This document shows, in pieces, positions 37,645 through 50,669 of a stretch of DNA of 64,000 nt. The position numbers and the translations under genes were made by a program. Origin of the DNA: Octopus sinensis (Eukaryota); assembly GCF_006345805.1 (NCBI RefSeq), contig NC_043000.1, forward strand, positions 156,178,001 through 156,242,000. Direction: 5' to 3'. Below the pieces are notes generated by a model. It was not told the DNA's origin and searched no databases. It saw only the letters and a program-made list of their open reading frames with translations. Position 1 is the stretch's first letter. Each line of letters opens with the position of its first letter.

Positions 37645-38044
37645 CTCTTTTACTCTTTTACTTGTTTCAGTCATTTGACTGCGGCCATGCTTTAGCACCA
37701 CCTTTTAGTCGAGCAAATCGACCCCGGGACTTATTCTTTGTAAGCCCAGTACTTACTTTATCGGTCTCTTTTGCCGAACTGCTAAGTGACGGGGACGTAA
37801 ACACACCAGCATCGGTTGTCAAGCAATGCTAGGGGGATACACAAACACACACACACTTATATATATATATACATATATACAACAGGCTTCTTTCAGTTTC
37901 CGTCTACCAAATCCACTCACAAGGCATTGGTCAGCCCGGGGCTATAGCAGAAGACACTTGCCCAAGATACCACGCAATGGGACTGAACCCGGAACCATGT
38001 GGTTGGTTAGCAAGCTACTTACCACATAGCCACTCCTGCGCCTA
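37645..38044 (-). mobile_element. SINE family A (intronic)
   Basis: Full-length homolog. Confidence 0.9.
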
Positions 38045-38623
38045 TGTCCACTTTACATTAGATTGACTTAGCTTTTGCTTCTATTACCTTGATGTACCAC
38101 AGAATGGCTGGCTTAACTAATTATTTTGAAGAGAGCACAATGGGGCAATTAGCATATTCCCAGTGAGAGCAACCAAAAGGATGTAACAACAACAACAAAG
38201 TAACAGTGACAAGAAGTAGACTAACACAACATAACAGAAACATCACCGTTCCAACTATTGAAACAGATAACATTAATGGTTTACTCAAATCAGCAACAAA
38301 CATACTAATGTAACATCTTACTGTGTTAATTCACCAAGTACAAATTGGACTAAAGCCAAATAGTAAATCCACAGCATCACCAACCGAAGTCAACTATGCT
38401 TCAAGATGACAGCCGTCTGATGTAGAAATCATCAAATAGTTAAAATTCAAACAATGGACAACGTATATGTGAAGACTAGATATTAAATAATTCCTTTAGG
38501 TTCAGTATTTTTGGAGCCAGATAGTTGGGGTTAAGTAGTCATTGGTCTAAAAGTTACTCCATATGGCACGTGCAGCTTGATCATTTCTGATGAATATACT
38601 CATCACAACACAGGCACCATTAA

Positions 38624-38842
38624 CCCTTCAGTGTTCACATAATTCTGCCAAAGTTAACCCTTTTTTATCCACATTGTTTTGAACTAATCATGCATTATCT
38701 TGTAGCTAGGAGATTTTGATGAGGTAGCTGTTAATTTTTAAAATGATATTGTAGGGTTGGTGTGAGACCAGATGTGGCCAGTTTGAACATAAAACAGGCA
38801 GAATACTTTTGGCCGGATATGGCCGGTTTAAATGCTAAAGGG
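38624..38842. mobile_element. piggyBac-type MITE (family 2)
   Basis: TTAA-CCCTT...AAGGG-TTAA. Decayed relatives near 29385-29545 and 54465-54640. Confidence 0.72.
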
Positions 38843-39643
38843 TTAAATAGAGTCAAGTGAAGTTTGGCATTATAACCATTCAAAATCCAATGGGTACTGG
38901 TGGAGCTGACTTCTGTATCTACCAGGATCTTATACTAAGTTTCCAGCTTCTTTAAAATCCAAGACACATCTGTATTGATATTCAAGAATTTCTTCAGTCA
39001 GTACTCACCCAAAGTGCTGTGGACATGAATCCCAAGAAGTGTTACCATGGATCACACTATCCCTCAGTGTGTATGCTTTGCAGGTAGAGATTGTCTTCAA
39101 AACTTGTATCCCCAACCTAACTCTAATAAGAATTCATGCCTGAGCAACAAGCTGGCCTCCGTACTGATGGCACGTTTAAGCACACCATTCAAGCGTGATC
39201 GTTACCGCGTCGCCTTTCTAGCACTTGTGCTGATGGCACATGAAACATTCGAGCGAGGTCGTCGCCAGTGCCGCTGGACTGGCTCCTGTGCAGGTGGCAC
39301 ATAAAAAGCACCGTTTGGGTGTGGCCGTTGCCAGTTCAACCAAACTGACACGTAAAAGCACCCACTACACTCTCGAAGTGTATCCGGCTGCAGAAACTCT
39401 GCCAGATCAGATTGGAGTTTGGTCTGCCAGACCTCAGTCAAATTGTCCAACCCATGCCAGCATGGAAAGTGGACGTTAAATGATGATGATGATGTAGAAT
39501 CTGAATAATGTAGCGTCTTCCAGTTAGAATTACTCAGATATGAAATTTGCCACACAGCAACCAAACAGACACGATAGAACAACACACACACTAGTTTGAT
39601 GAACTTAAATCCTTCTTCCTACCCCACTACAAACATCACTTAC

Positions 39644-39797
39644 CTGGTGTGTCAGTTTGTTGTTGTTGTTACTGCTAACCAACTGGTTCAAGTTCTGAGC
39701 AATAGTCTGAAGTACTTTAGCAAAGCAACGACTCACTGGACACAGATGAGGTGATTTCACATAGAAGCTGCTGGCCTTGTCTAGTGTTAGAGTTTCC
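39644..39797 (-). CDS. INTS7: INTS7 coding exon ETLTLDKASSFY...NLNQLVSSNNNNKLTHQ
   Basis: ttcttcttcag acceptor, CAG|gtaagt donor, 154 nt, phase 2 to 0, open frame. Sequence is divergent but this exon is required to restore phase. Confidence 0.82.
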
Positions 39798-39944
39798 CTG
39801 AAGAAGAATTTTTGTAGTATTAAAAATGGTCATTAGAAGTACTGCAACATAAAAATAAACTCTTATTAATCCTTGAGTATGAGACTAAGATTCAGTTCCT
39901 AAACAACTACTATACAGTTTTTTTGCTTTGCTTCGAGACAGCAT

Positions 39945-40370
39945 TCACCCGGGGTGGGTTGAGCTGGCTTCATTCATCCTCAATGCTGCATCTCTCACAA
40001 TCGCCGACCAGATCTGGCGATTTGAGGCTAACGACCGTGTGATCTCCAACCACTCCCTATTCCAGCGGCGAATGCCGTAGTCATGGGGGCCTAGGTTGGG
40101 TTCCAGATCAGCCTTGACTGTCATCAGCCAGGTTTTTCGCTGTCTACCACATCGCTTTCGCCAACTCTGAAGGGGAGCTGGGGCAATTGCTTCATAGATG
40201 AATTCTCCTGGTTGACGACAGAGGGCATGACCCAGCCAACGCAGACGTCTCGTTAGGATGACTTGTCGGAGAGAGGTGATTTTGCACTGGTGTCGCACTG
40301 AATAGTTGGAGACAAAGTGATGCCATCGGACATGAAGGATGCAGCGTAGACAGAGGTGATCGAAGGATTC
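39945..40370 (-). mobile_element. RTE-type LINE 3' end
   Basis: RRLRWLGHALCR..GRQRKTWLMTVKADL..NRQIW. Confidence 0.8.
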
Positions 40371-40962
40371 TAGTCACTTAATATCTTCTATACAGTTGAT
40401 GAGAGTTAGGCCAGACTAGCGTTTATCGACCATTTTATACCAATGGACTCATTTAATTCCTATTTTACTCAGATGGACGCTCCTAGCCATTCAATGTTTA
40501 AAAGAAATGCTATTACATTTTTATAATTAAATATTATTAGGAATTGTATAAAAATATTGTTAAAATATTTTGTGCATTGTAAAAGTATAACCAATGGATT
40601 ACAGGTAAATTTTAACAATAAAATCTTATATGAACCCTCAAGGGCCATATGGAAACTGGTTGAGAACCACTGGGTTAGACAGGCTGATTTAGTACTCTAA
40701 AGGAACCCATTCTTATGTGTATATCTTTGCTCATCTTTGCCCACTTTTTACATCTATTTTTCAATGAAGTAGAAGTAGAACCTGGTTTTCAGGTCAGATA
40801 AACAAGAGAAAGCAGAACTGTTCAGGGCCCACAAAACACAATAGTTCCTGAAAGATCTGAATTTGAGATTATATGGTCTAACTTCTCCATTATGCTGCAG
40901 ACTATTTCCACCTTAGGCCAGCCCTTGTCATCACTACAATATACCTCCCACTACTTCCAATG

Positions 40963-41302
40963 GTGAAGGCGCATGGCTCAGTGGTTAGAGCGTCGAGCTT
41001 ACAATCGTGAGGTTGTGAGCTCGAATCCCGGACCGGGCTGCATGTTGTGTTCTTGAGCAAGACACTTTATTTCACATTGCTCCAGTTCACTCAGCTGTAG
41101 AAATGAGTTGCGATGTCACAGGTGCCAAGCTGTATCAGCCCCTTTGCCTTTCCCTTGGATAACACTGGTGGCTTGGATAGGGGAGGCTGATATGCATGGG
41201 CGACTGCTGGTTTTCCATAAACAACCTCGCCCGGACTTGTGTCTAGGAGGGTAACTTTCTAGGTGCAATCCCATGGTCTGTGTCGTGACCGAAGGGGGTC
41301 TC
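40963..41302 (+). mobile_element. tRNA-derived SINE family D
   Basis: Head TGGCTCAGTGG...GCTCGAATCCC, CORE-like TTGAGCAAGACACTT. Confidence 0.85.
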
Positions 41303-41844
41303 CGACTTCCAACAGCCACACTAAGTACTGTCCAACACCCAGTTCATATTGCTGTTGTTACTGTTTAGCTGTAGGTCAGATTTCCTTCAGCCAACGATAT
41401 TCTAGTTATGATAATGATACCTATTTTTATCAAACGATACCACGGATCCAATGACTGCAAGGTGAGGAGGGGGATATTTTTTAGGTGATCTCATCTCTGA
41501 AATGTTTTAACTATTTGTTTTATGACTCATTACTGCCCATTTAATGACAACAACAAAAAAAAAAAAAAGAAAAATTAATTTGTCGTGCACTCAAGCTAAA
41601 ATAAAGTTACAATGTAACATCTCACAATATCACAACTGAAAACCAGGAACTAAAAAATTACAGCCAACTTGGTTTAATCACATGAAATGAAAGTCACTTA
41701 GATATTTATGTCATCCAGTATTTTACAGCCACATAACTGGAATTATCCACAAATCACAAAACACAGTTTCATATTTACTTAATATAAAAGCAACTATGCA
41801 GCATCCTAGGGAAGGGCACAATTATTTATTAATAGGCGATTGTC

Positions 41845-42075
41845 CACGGCGAGCTGGCAGAAACGTTAGCACGCCAGGTGAAATGCGTAGCCGTATTTCG
41901 TCTGTCGTTACGTTCTGAGTTCAAATTTTGCCGAGGTCGACTTTGCCTTTCATCCTTTCGGGGTCGATAAATAAAGTACCAGTTTCCCACTGGGGTCGAT
42001 GTAATCGACTTAATCCCTTTGTCTGTACTTGTTTGTCCTCTCTATGTTTAGCCCCTTGTGGGCAGTAAAGAAATA
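41845..42075 (+). mobile_element. SINE family B, single unit
   Basis: Head plus one unit. Further decayed copies at ~50697-50915, 61085-61290 and 61295-61510. Confidence 0.8.
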
Positions 42076-42379
42076 TATTTATTAATAGGCAATTTAGGTC
42101 AGGGGACATTTTTACATCACTTCATGCCTGTATCCAAGGTAACTACTTCACCTCTTCATGGTCTAAGATAATGTGTGCATTCCCTTCTGGCTACAACTAA
42201 ATATATAAAAAAAAAAAGGACATTTCAATACGGAACTACAGCAGTCACTTAAGTAGCAAGATTTTAATGTAAATACTGTTAGATATATAACCATCAATCT
42301 AAATAACATTGAGGCTGTTCTTGCATACAGGCATCTCCTCTGCATTCCTCTTCAGCTAAGTGATCCTAATCTTGCAGGC

Positions 42380-42591
42380 TTACTCTTTTACTCTTTTACT
42401 TGTTTCAGTCATTTGACTGCGGCCAAGCTGGAGCACCGCCTTTAGTCGAGCAAATCGACCCCGGGACTTATTCTTTGTAAGCCCAGTACTTATTCTATCG
42501 GTCTCTTTTGCCAAACCGCTAAGTTACAGGGACGTAAACACATCAGCATCAGTTGTCAAGCAATGCTAGGGGGACAAACACAGACACACAA

Positions 42592-42626
<35 letters not shown>

Positions 42627-42789
42627 CGACAGGCTTCTTTCAGTTTCCGTCTACCAAATCCACTCACAAGGCATTGGTCAGCCTGGGGCTATAGCAGAAG
42701 ACACTTGCCCAATATGCCACGCAGTGGGACTGAACCCGGGACCATGTGGTTGGTTAGCAAGCTACTCACCACACAGCCACTCCCGCGCT
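42380..42789 (-). mobile_element. SINE family A (intronic)
   Basis: Full-length homolog. Confidence 0.9.
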
Positions 42790-43490
42790 TGTTCCAATTA
42801 AAAGCACCCAGTACACTTTGTAAAGTGGTTGGCATTAGAAACAGACATGGGGCCGAGGTAGCTCTTCAACTGGTCAACTCCTATCAAACCATCCAACACA
42901 TGCCAGCATGGAAAACAAATATTATATGATGGTGACGACGACGATGATGATGATGACAGAGAATGCAGAATGTTAAACAATAAATACACAATTTGAGCTC
43001 AGTCACTGGGTCTGCTGTTCCTTTTTTTTTTTGCAATATTTTAGTCAAAAGAGAAAGCAGTTCCCATAAGCCTTTATAGGGCCTCCAAGACTGGTGGTGA
43101 AAAGAAAAGGTGTCCTCAAATCAGAGACCTGGCTTGAATACTTGCAACAGAGGACATTCAACTAAAGCACCCAAGAATTCAAGTGACTGTGTTAAACTGG
43201 TTATAGCATGATTTGAACTCAGAAATGTCTTTACAATCTAAGTTAAAATCCTCAAAATATCTGGACTGACACCCTGACAATTCTCATTTCGTATGTTTTT
43301 ATTACACCCAAAACGATGAAAGGCAAAGTTAACCTTAGCAAGATTTGAGTGCAGAAAGTCAGAAGAACTCTGATTAAGCATTGGATCTAAAGACTTCTTA
43401 ATAAGGTCTAATGTCTGTATTACTGATGACATAATTTTTGAAGAGATAAAAAGGTTTTTTCTTTTTATTTTTGCAATAAAGGTTACCTAC

Positions 43491-43553
43491 CTTGTTTGCC
43501 CTGTGAGAATGGTGTTAATTACTGCCTTCATTAATTCACTGCTTGTGTATAAT
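43491..43553 (-). CDS. INTS7: INTS7 small coding exon LYTSSELMKAVINTILTGQT(R)
   Basis: tctatag acceptor, AAG|gtaggt donor, 63 nt, phase 2/2. Bridges the flanking exons in frame and corresponds to QQQSCLLIAHAIEALIL. Confidence 0.8.
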
Positions 43554-43950
43554 CTATAGAGGGATCTGTTAAGGAATTCACATCAACAACCACATCAATC
43601 ACTTAACTATTTACATAGAACATTTTTCCTATGCAAATCAGCCAGAAAAATATACCTCAAAGGACTTCTGTTTCATCATTGAGCCAAGTTGAAATAGCTG
43701 CCAAATCTTCCTCAAATTACACCTTACTGTACTCAAAAAGAAAAATAGAGAGGGTTGTACACTGACTGACTAATATAATATGTAGCAGATGCGGATATAA
43801 AAAAAAAAGATGGGATGACTATGGCTGGACTCTTCTGACCACAGATCTGTTTAATCAGGGTTGAACTAGGGCACAACAACAACAACAACAACGTATGTTG
43901 AAACAATGATAAATAATAGTAATATTGTGGAAGAGGAAGATGTACTTTAA

Positions 43951-44169
43951 CCCTTTCATTACTGTATTTATTTTGAGATGCTCTGTGTTTTTTTCAATTA
44001 CTTTAAATATAACAAAGAATTTAGTAATATAACTTAGTTATCATTCAGCTAGTGTTAGGAACATAAATTGTGACTAAGGTTTGGTGGAAGATTTTAATTC
44101 AAAACTTATGAAACAAGACATTTGTACTACAGAGCCAGAGCCGGTTTCAGCCAGGTTGGTAACGAAGGG
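43951..44169. mobile_element. piggyBac-type MITE (family 1), inverted relative to the 30238 copy
   Basis: TTAA-CCC...GGG-GTAA. Reverse-complement homolog of 30238-30458. Confidence 0.78.
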
Positions 44170-44598
44170 GTAAAAAATACCTTCAAAAACTTCTGCTGCA
44201 GTATCCAGGCTACAATGAGAGAGTCAATCCTTACATTTATGCTAAAACTCAGCACATAGCTCTTAACAACCTTTTGTATGAGCATGGCATTGTAATATGC
44301 TATTTTCTCTGCTCTAAAGATGCTAAGCTTTGTGTTAGTTGTTGTGTTTGGTACTGGATCAGCCCTAATTGAGTTGATCTATGGTAATTCTACCAAGTAC
44401 TTTGTACCCTAGACTCTATAGTGCCTTTTGCAGTAATTCAGTTACTTTTCCAGCAGATCAAGCATCTATGTAGGTGGTTTCTTGCTGATGTTACTCAACC
44501 CAGCAGCAAAGACTCTCCACGGTTACTATTTTGCTGGGATAAAAACAAGAGGTATTTTATACACAAATACCACACACACACACATTTTTAAAGGATAC

Positions 44599-44702
44599 AG
44601 TTGCATATTGGCTAAGGAAGCAGGGTCTGCATCAAATGAAGACTGATAGAGATCCAAAAATTTCTGACTTAAATTACTGTAGCTGTTTTGGCATTTTAAT
44701 AG
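44599..44702 (-). CDS. INTS7: INTS7 coding exon LLKCQNSY...DLYQSSFDADPASLANMQ(L)
   Basis: tttcag acceptor, CT|gtatcc donor, 104 nt, ends in phase 2. Matches DLYQASFDADSATLRNVEL. Confidence 0.95.
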
Positions 44703-44811
44703 CTGAAATATTGAACACAAGAAAATATTAAAAATGCAAAGGAACAATTATTGGAATGAAATTATTATTAGGTGCAAAATTTACACAATATTAACTTTAC
44801 TTTCTTTTTTT

Positions 44812-45004
44812 GAACTTTTTTACTTGTTTCAGTCATTTGACTGCGGCCATGCTGGAGCACCGCCTTTTAGTCGAGCAAATCGACCCCGGGACTTATTCTT
44901 TGTAAGCCCAGTACTTATTCTATCGGTCTCTTTTGCCGAACCGCTAAGTGACGGGGACGTAAACACACCAGCATCGGTTGTCAAGCAATGCTAGAGGGAC
45001 AAAC

Positions 45005-45037
<33 letters not shown>

Positions 45038-45210
45038 CATATATACGACGGGCTTCTTTCAGTTTCCGTCTACCAAATCCACTCACAAGGCTTTGGTTGG
45101 CCCAGGGCTATAGCAGAAGACACTTGCCCAAGATGCCGCGCAGTGGGCTTGAACCCGGAACCATGTGGTTGGTTAGCAAGCTACTTACCACACAGCCACT
45201 CCTACGCCTA
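44812..45210 (-). mobile_element. SINE family A (intronic)
   Basis: Full-length homolog. Confidence 0.9.
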
Positions 45211-46074
45211 TTAAGATATCATTATCATCATTTAATGTCCGTTGTCCATGCTGGCATGGGTTGACTGGGCTGGCACGCTGGAAGCCTGTGCCAGGAACAG
45301 TGGTTCTCAACCTAAGTGATAATATCCTTTTGGGGATGGCATGGGGGGGGTGCATTGTGAGCTTACAAAGTGGTGCTAAATGCCAAGATGGCAGTGTGGA
45401 AGGTTCTGAGTATTTAGAGAGACTGGGGCATGATTTTTCTCAGAAATAAAAACTAAGTACAATATTTATATTTTAACCATATTTTTGAAAAAAAAAAAAA
45501 TCTTTGTTAGAATTAAAATATGAATAGGACATTGCATTATCAGTAAACAAAAACATGACTAATGACATGCCAAGGTTCCATATAATTTCATTATATGAGA
45601 CCTCCCTTTTGTTAGTAATTTCCATGAAAAGGGATGCCAGTCTATGCAAATATCTCAAAAGGGGCACATGCTGGATGGGGTAATATTAGAACAGGCAGAT
45701 ACTAAAACACGACAAAATTAGCTTCTGCTAGATCTGTTGGGGGTTTGTGTTTTTTTTTCATTCTTCATTGTAAAACATGAAGACAGTGCATTTGTAAAAT
45801 GGTATTCTATGAAAGGGGCCATTGACCTACGAAAGGTTGAGAACCACTGCTTAAAATCCCAATTCCCTTTCAGACTATAGGTTTTGTAACTGGATATCTT
45901 TTCTGATGCTAACCACCATCCATACTATTTTGTGTAGAAAAAGAGAACACACAAAACTGTTAAATGTTCATTTGATTAGTTGGTGATGTGGTTAGCATCA
46001 GAAGAGATATCCATTATAATCTTATAAACCTTACAGTTCAGTTTTAACATAAAGTTTTAATTAATGTAATCATC

Positions 46075-46400
46075 ATCATCATTGTTCGACCGTGGTCGAG
46101 ACAATGGAATTTACTATGCTATGCCAGACTTCACGGTCCATCATGGCATTACGGAGGTCCTGTTGCTGGATGCCTGTATCCCTGGAGATTACATCAGGGT
46201 AGGAGAGTGTGCGCCCTCTGGTATTGCGAGTAGATGGCTTCCAGAGGAGAAGAGTAGAAATTACCTCTTTTTCAGCTCTACAACAATGTCCAGCAAACTG
46301 GACTCTCCTAAATTGGTTAGCTATATAAAGAGCAATCAACTGCAAAAATACATGTATATGCCAAGGTTTCAAATAACATTCAACCCTTGCTGATGGAGAA
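46075..46400 (-). mobile_element. RTE-type LINE 3' end
   Basis: QFAGHCCR..LLLWKP..GRTLSYPD..MMDREVW-stop followed by a (GAT)n tail. Short sibling at 14945-15046. Confidence 0.8.
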
Positions 46401-46570
46401 ATATAATGCATACCTAGTTGATAACTTACTGTTACATCACATTACATTAGATCCAGTGAGCTTAGACGTATTCTTGAGCATTTCTTAATACTGGATCAGA
46501 ATGTTCTAAATTTCTTTCTTTCTTACAAAATACACACACACACACACGTTGCTATAATGAGACAATTTAC

Positions 46571-46765
46571 CTGAGAGATTACAGGACCACATCGACTGAT
46601 GTCACGAGAATTGGTGACCGCCATGGCAGAGGCTATTGCAGGAGGAGGACATGTCTGGAAAGTGGAACAAGTTTGACACAGGTGCTGGTGTAACTGGACA
46701 AGCTCACAGCGCAAGGTGCAGTATTCGCTCTGGAACTGAAGACGGAAATTTTGTGTTGTGGCAGC
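46571..46765 (-). CDS. INTS7: INTS7 coding exon AATTQNFRLQFQ...TCPPPAIASAMAVTNSRDISRCGPVISQ
   Basis: ctgcag acceptor, CAG|gtaaat donor, 195 nt. Matches INTS7 TSPPPAIA...DLQRCGRISNQ. Confidence 0.96.
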
Positions 46766-48099
46766 CTGCAGTATAAGATAAAGGAAATGATCAGAATGAC
46801 AATAACAGAATGGTTGAAAGGTCAAAGTATTGGAATACTGATTACATACAAGGGAGTTCAAATCTCTGTAGTGTTTTCTTAAGCAAGGGACTTCTCTATG
46901 CTTTGCTGAGTTTCCCTTACAAATAAACAACAGATTCTACCCCAACTACATTTGTGAGTAAGGGCATCTGGTTGTGAAAACAATTACCCCAACATGAATA
47001 CACGCATAAAACGCATAAACAGAGAATTAAACAGGTGGCATGTAAAAAGCACCATCCAAATGTGGCTGATGCCAGCGTCACCTGACTGGTGTCCGTGTTG
47101 GTGACATGTAAAATGCACTAACTCATCGTGGCCGTTTGCCAGCCTCCTCCGGCCCCTGTGCCGGTGGCACGTAAAAAGCACCCACTACACTCATGGAGTG
47201 GTTGGCATTAGGAAGGGCATCAAGCTGTAGAAACACTGCCAGATCAGACTGGAGCTTGGCGCAGCCTCCTGGCTTCCCAGACTCTGGTCAAACCGTCCAA
47301 CCCATGCTAGCATGGAAAATGGACATTAAACAATGACAATGATGATGATGATTAAAAGTGTTCTGAAAAGAATGGTTGCGTTGAAAACATTTGGAGACTC
47401 TCCCAGACAGGTGAGATTGAAGTAGTTAATGCCAAGCATGGATAACTCCAGGGAAAATATGGGAGGTGAGGCGAGAGGAGTTTTTGTCTAAATGCTTGCA
47501 ATAGAATTAATTCAACTGAAAGCACTTAAGGATTAGGTGGTGTTAAACTGAGCACCAGCCACTCCTAAAACAGTAAAATGTAAATAAATAAATAAATAAA
47601 TACATATCCTGATTAGTAGAATTAGAATAAGTCACACTAGCAACCATGTCCAGTGAAAAGTGGTTGAAAAAATATGCTTCCTATGCATCCAGATAGATGA
47701 GATATGTAATAGATATGGTTGAAATCTACTCCAATAATAAAGTGGAATCTTTACTGGCAAATATGATCTGCCTGCAACCCGTATGACATGCCTCTTGCAT
47801 TGTTTCAAAGGCTGAAATAAGAACCTGAAATATGTGAAGTAGATGAATGCCAGAACTTAGAACTTCCTTTAATTCAACTAGAAGACCCAGCTGGCACATT
47901 GAACTTTGGCACATTCACAGAATTCTGAGAAGCAGATATATTCAAGACCACACCTAAGTGATACAAAGCAAAGTTGAAACATGTACATGGACAACTAAAA
48001 ATAGTACAAACATGATTTCCAGTTCACTAGATAGGTCTCTTGATTGACCAGCACTGCAGATATGTGGGTACCGCAGTTTCATTCACATTTCATTATACC

Positions 48100-48491
48100 C
48101 TTTTACTTGTTTCAGTCATTTGACTGCGGCCATGCTGGAGCACCGCCTTTAGTCGATCAAATCGACCCCGGGAGTTATTCTTTTTGTAAGCCCAGTACTT
48201 ATTCTATCGGTCTCTTTTGCCGAACCGCTAAGTGACGGGGACGTAAACACACCAGCATCGGTTGTCAAGCAATGCTAGGGGGACAAACACAGACACACAA
48301 ACATATACACACACACTTATATATATATACATATATATGACAGGCTTCTTTCAGTTTCCGTCTACCAAATCCACTCACAAGGCATTGGTCGGCCCGGGGC
48401 TATAGCAGAAGACACTTGCCCAAGATGCCACGCAGTAGGACTGAACCCGCAACCATGTGGTTGGTTAGTAAGCTACTTACCACACAGCCAC
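48100..48491 (-). mobile_element. SINE family A (intronic)
   Basis: Near full-length homolog. Confidence 0.9.
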
Positions 48492-48641
48492 TTAACAATA
48501 AATGATAATCATCATTTTGTGTTGGCAAGGTCCAAGTTAGTTGTTATTCAGAATTAGTGCTCTCCTGGAGGACCACATTTCACATGTATGTTTCAGTTTT
48601 GGCATGGTTTCTATAGCATTCATCAACCACTTTATAGAGTA

Positions 48642-49023
48642 CTAGCACTATGATCCAGCAACGCCGGGTCATAGTTCTGGTGCATGCATATACAGCTGCA
48701 TGCGTGCGCACATACACGCGAGTACTGTCCAAACATCCAACCAATCACATACAGCTAGCTGGCATTCAATTGGCGTATCAAGTTTCAGGCATTTTGATTG
48801 GGCTTTGGATAGAAAATTCACAAAAGAGTCGCTTCTATTGATTTTTTAATGGCTTTGCGGGGTGACTAGGGTAATGTAAAGATATGCACGACCACCCTTG
48901 GATGGTTTTGAATGACCATAGAAAGTGCGAGCGCTCTAACTGAAAAATTGTGGATTTGTATAAAGGACACGCACGCACACACACACACAGAGACAGACAT
49001 TTTGCCGTTTATATATATAAAGT
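48642..49023 (-). mobile_element. Non-autonomous Helitron-like element
   Basis: CTAG|T end with a palindrome around CAACG. The other end, CTTTATATATA followed by a CTGT/GT microsatellite, resembles the start of 6389-6772. Confidence 0.55.
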
Positions 49024-50132
49024 ATACTGGGTGACATTTATAACAGTATCAACTCCAGAGGGGCTGTCATGCACCTCAGCCAGGCTAAAGAGCCTTCTCA
49101 ACCTCTCATTTTTATTTGATCACAAACTACATTATAGAATATATTGGATATACCTCAACCTGGCATTAGCCCTAGAACAATAACCTTGTGCTCTGTAAAT
49201 TCAAAAAGTCCTCACTACTCAACAATCGCCTTTTGTTAAAGTCCAACTTGACCAAGAGAATAATACAGAAAACAAAAAAAATCACTAAAACCAAATCTCA
49301 AAGACAAAGTAAGCCAGATGTCGACAATGCCTTGTTAGTTGATATCAATTCATGAAGCAAATTGGCTGGATGCTGACAGCTTTGTAAAGAAGTGCTGATT
49401 TCTCAAAGTAGATGGAACTTGCGGAAGACCCAGGAAGAACAATTTCAGGATGCTGAACCTTTCAGGCAAGATGACAAAGGACCAAGATGCCTGGCCCCTT
49501 GCTGCACTCAAGAATACCCATGCTCTGCAGCAGAAGTGTTAAGACTGGTCCCTCTGGTAGTGTAAAGCACTCGTGGCAATGCCATGTAAAAGCACCGGTG
49601 TGGTGCCATGTAAAAGTGTCAGTGTGGCACCACATGAAAGCGCCCAGCAGACTCTGTAAATGGTTGGTGTTAGGAAGGGCATCCAGCCTTAGAAACCCAT
49701 GCCAAATCAGACTGGGGTCTGGTGCAGCTCTCAAGCTTACCAGTTTTTGAGCAAACCGTCCAACCCATGCCAGCGTGGACAACAGAAGTTAAATGATGAC
49801 GATGAAGCTATCATCACACAAATTTACCCCCTACATTGAAGTATGGGAGGGACAGTTTTGGTTTCCCTACATGTGTGGACCTATTCCACAACTGTATCTG
49901 TTACAGATCCAAACCAACCACCCAAAACAGAACCTAAGCTGGATTGGTAAAGCAGACAGAAATCCGGATGACGATTGTGATAATGAGGATGACATCAATG
50001 TCACTGATACTATTTAACTATGGGGTGATTGTAATTTTTTCTTTTTCTTTTTTTTTTCCTTTTTTTTTGCTATCAGCTGGAGAGAAATGAGAGCAGTAGT
50101 GACATACATTTAAAGTTTGCCAATAGTATTTA

Positions 50133-50669
50133 CTAGCTGGACCCGTGAAAAATTCACGGAAAATATAAAAAATATAGGCATTATTTAATCTCAGAGCGAG
50201 ATGTAAAAAGTAACCGCTCGACAATGTAAAGTATAAAAGCCATCTCAATATGGCTAACCACAAAGGGTGGGTGTTACTGTAGCTTTTAGCCCCAGGAGAT
50301 CATCGTCTCCAGCTGGCTTTAGATACCCTTTCAGTGCCCTTGAAGTATTTGCAAAGGGAGGCCATCCCTTCCTCTTTTATACTTTACATTGTCGAGCGGT
50401 TACAGTTTACATCTCGCTCTGAAATTTAATAATGCTTACAGTCAGTTTTTCGAAATCAGTGGCAGACATCACTAGAAAAACTCACATATTTGCAAAGCGG
50501 GCCTTGTCTTTCATCGTGACCTGGTGGTTACCGCCTGTTGATAAGAGACAATAATCTCGAAACCGGGGTCCGGTGCGTATCACTCAGGCTTGCGAGGAAG
50601 GGATGGCCTCCCTTTGCAAATACTTCAAGAGCACTGAAAGGGTGTCTAAAGCCAGCTGGTGCCATGAGA
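50133..50669 (-). mobile_element. Helitron-like 3' end followed by a composite with two interleaved inverted repeats
   Basis: Hairpin CCGTGAA-TTT-TTCACGG then GTCCAGCTAG|T on the minus strand. The 5' boundary is uncertain. Confidence 0.45.

Noticed and set aside
39009-39116. 108-nt AG...GT segment with a strong GG|GTGAGT donor as an extra INTS7 exon
   Set aside because: It has an in-frame TAG in the required phase, a poor polypyrimidine tract, and the flanking exons already join without a gap. A poison exon cannot be excluded but is unsupported.
45298-45849. Single hAT MITE bounded by CAGTGGTTCTCAACC inverted repeats (similarly ~14319-14942)
   Set aside because: No matching 8-bp TSD and a heterogeneous interior. 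These may be unrelated remnants, so they were not called.
47726-47914. Minus-strand 62-aa ORF as an INTS7 exon
   Set aside because: Exons 53612-53815 and 46571-46765 join co-linearly with known INTS7, and the ORF shows no similarity.
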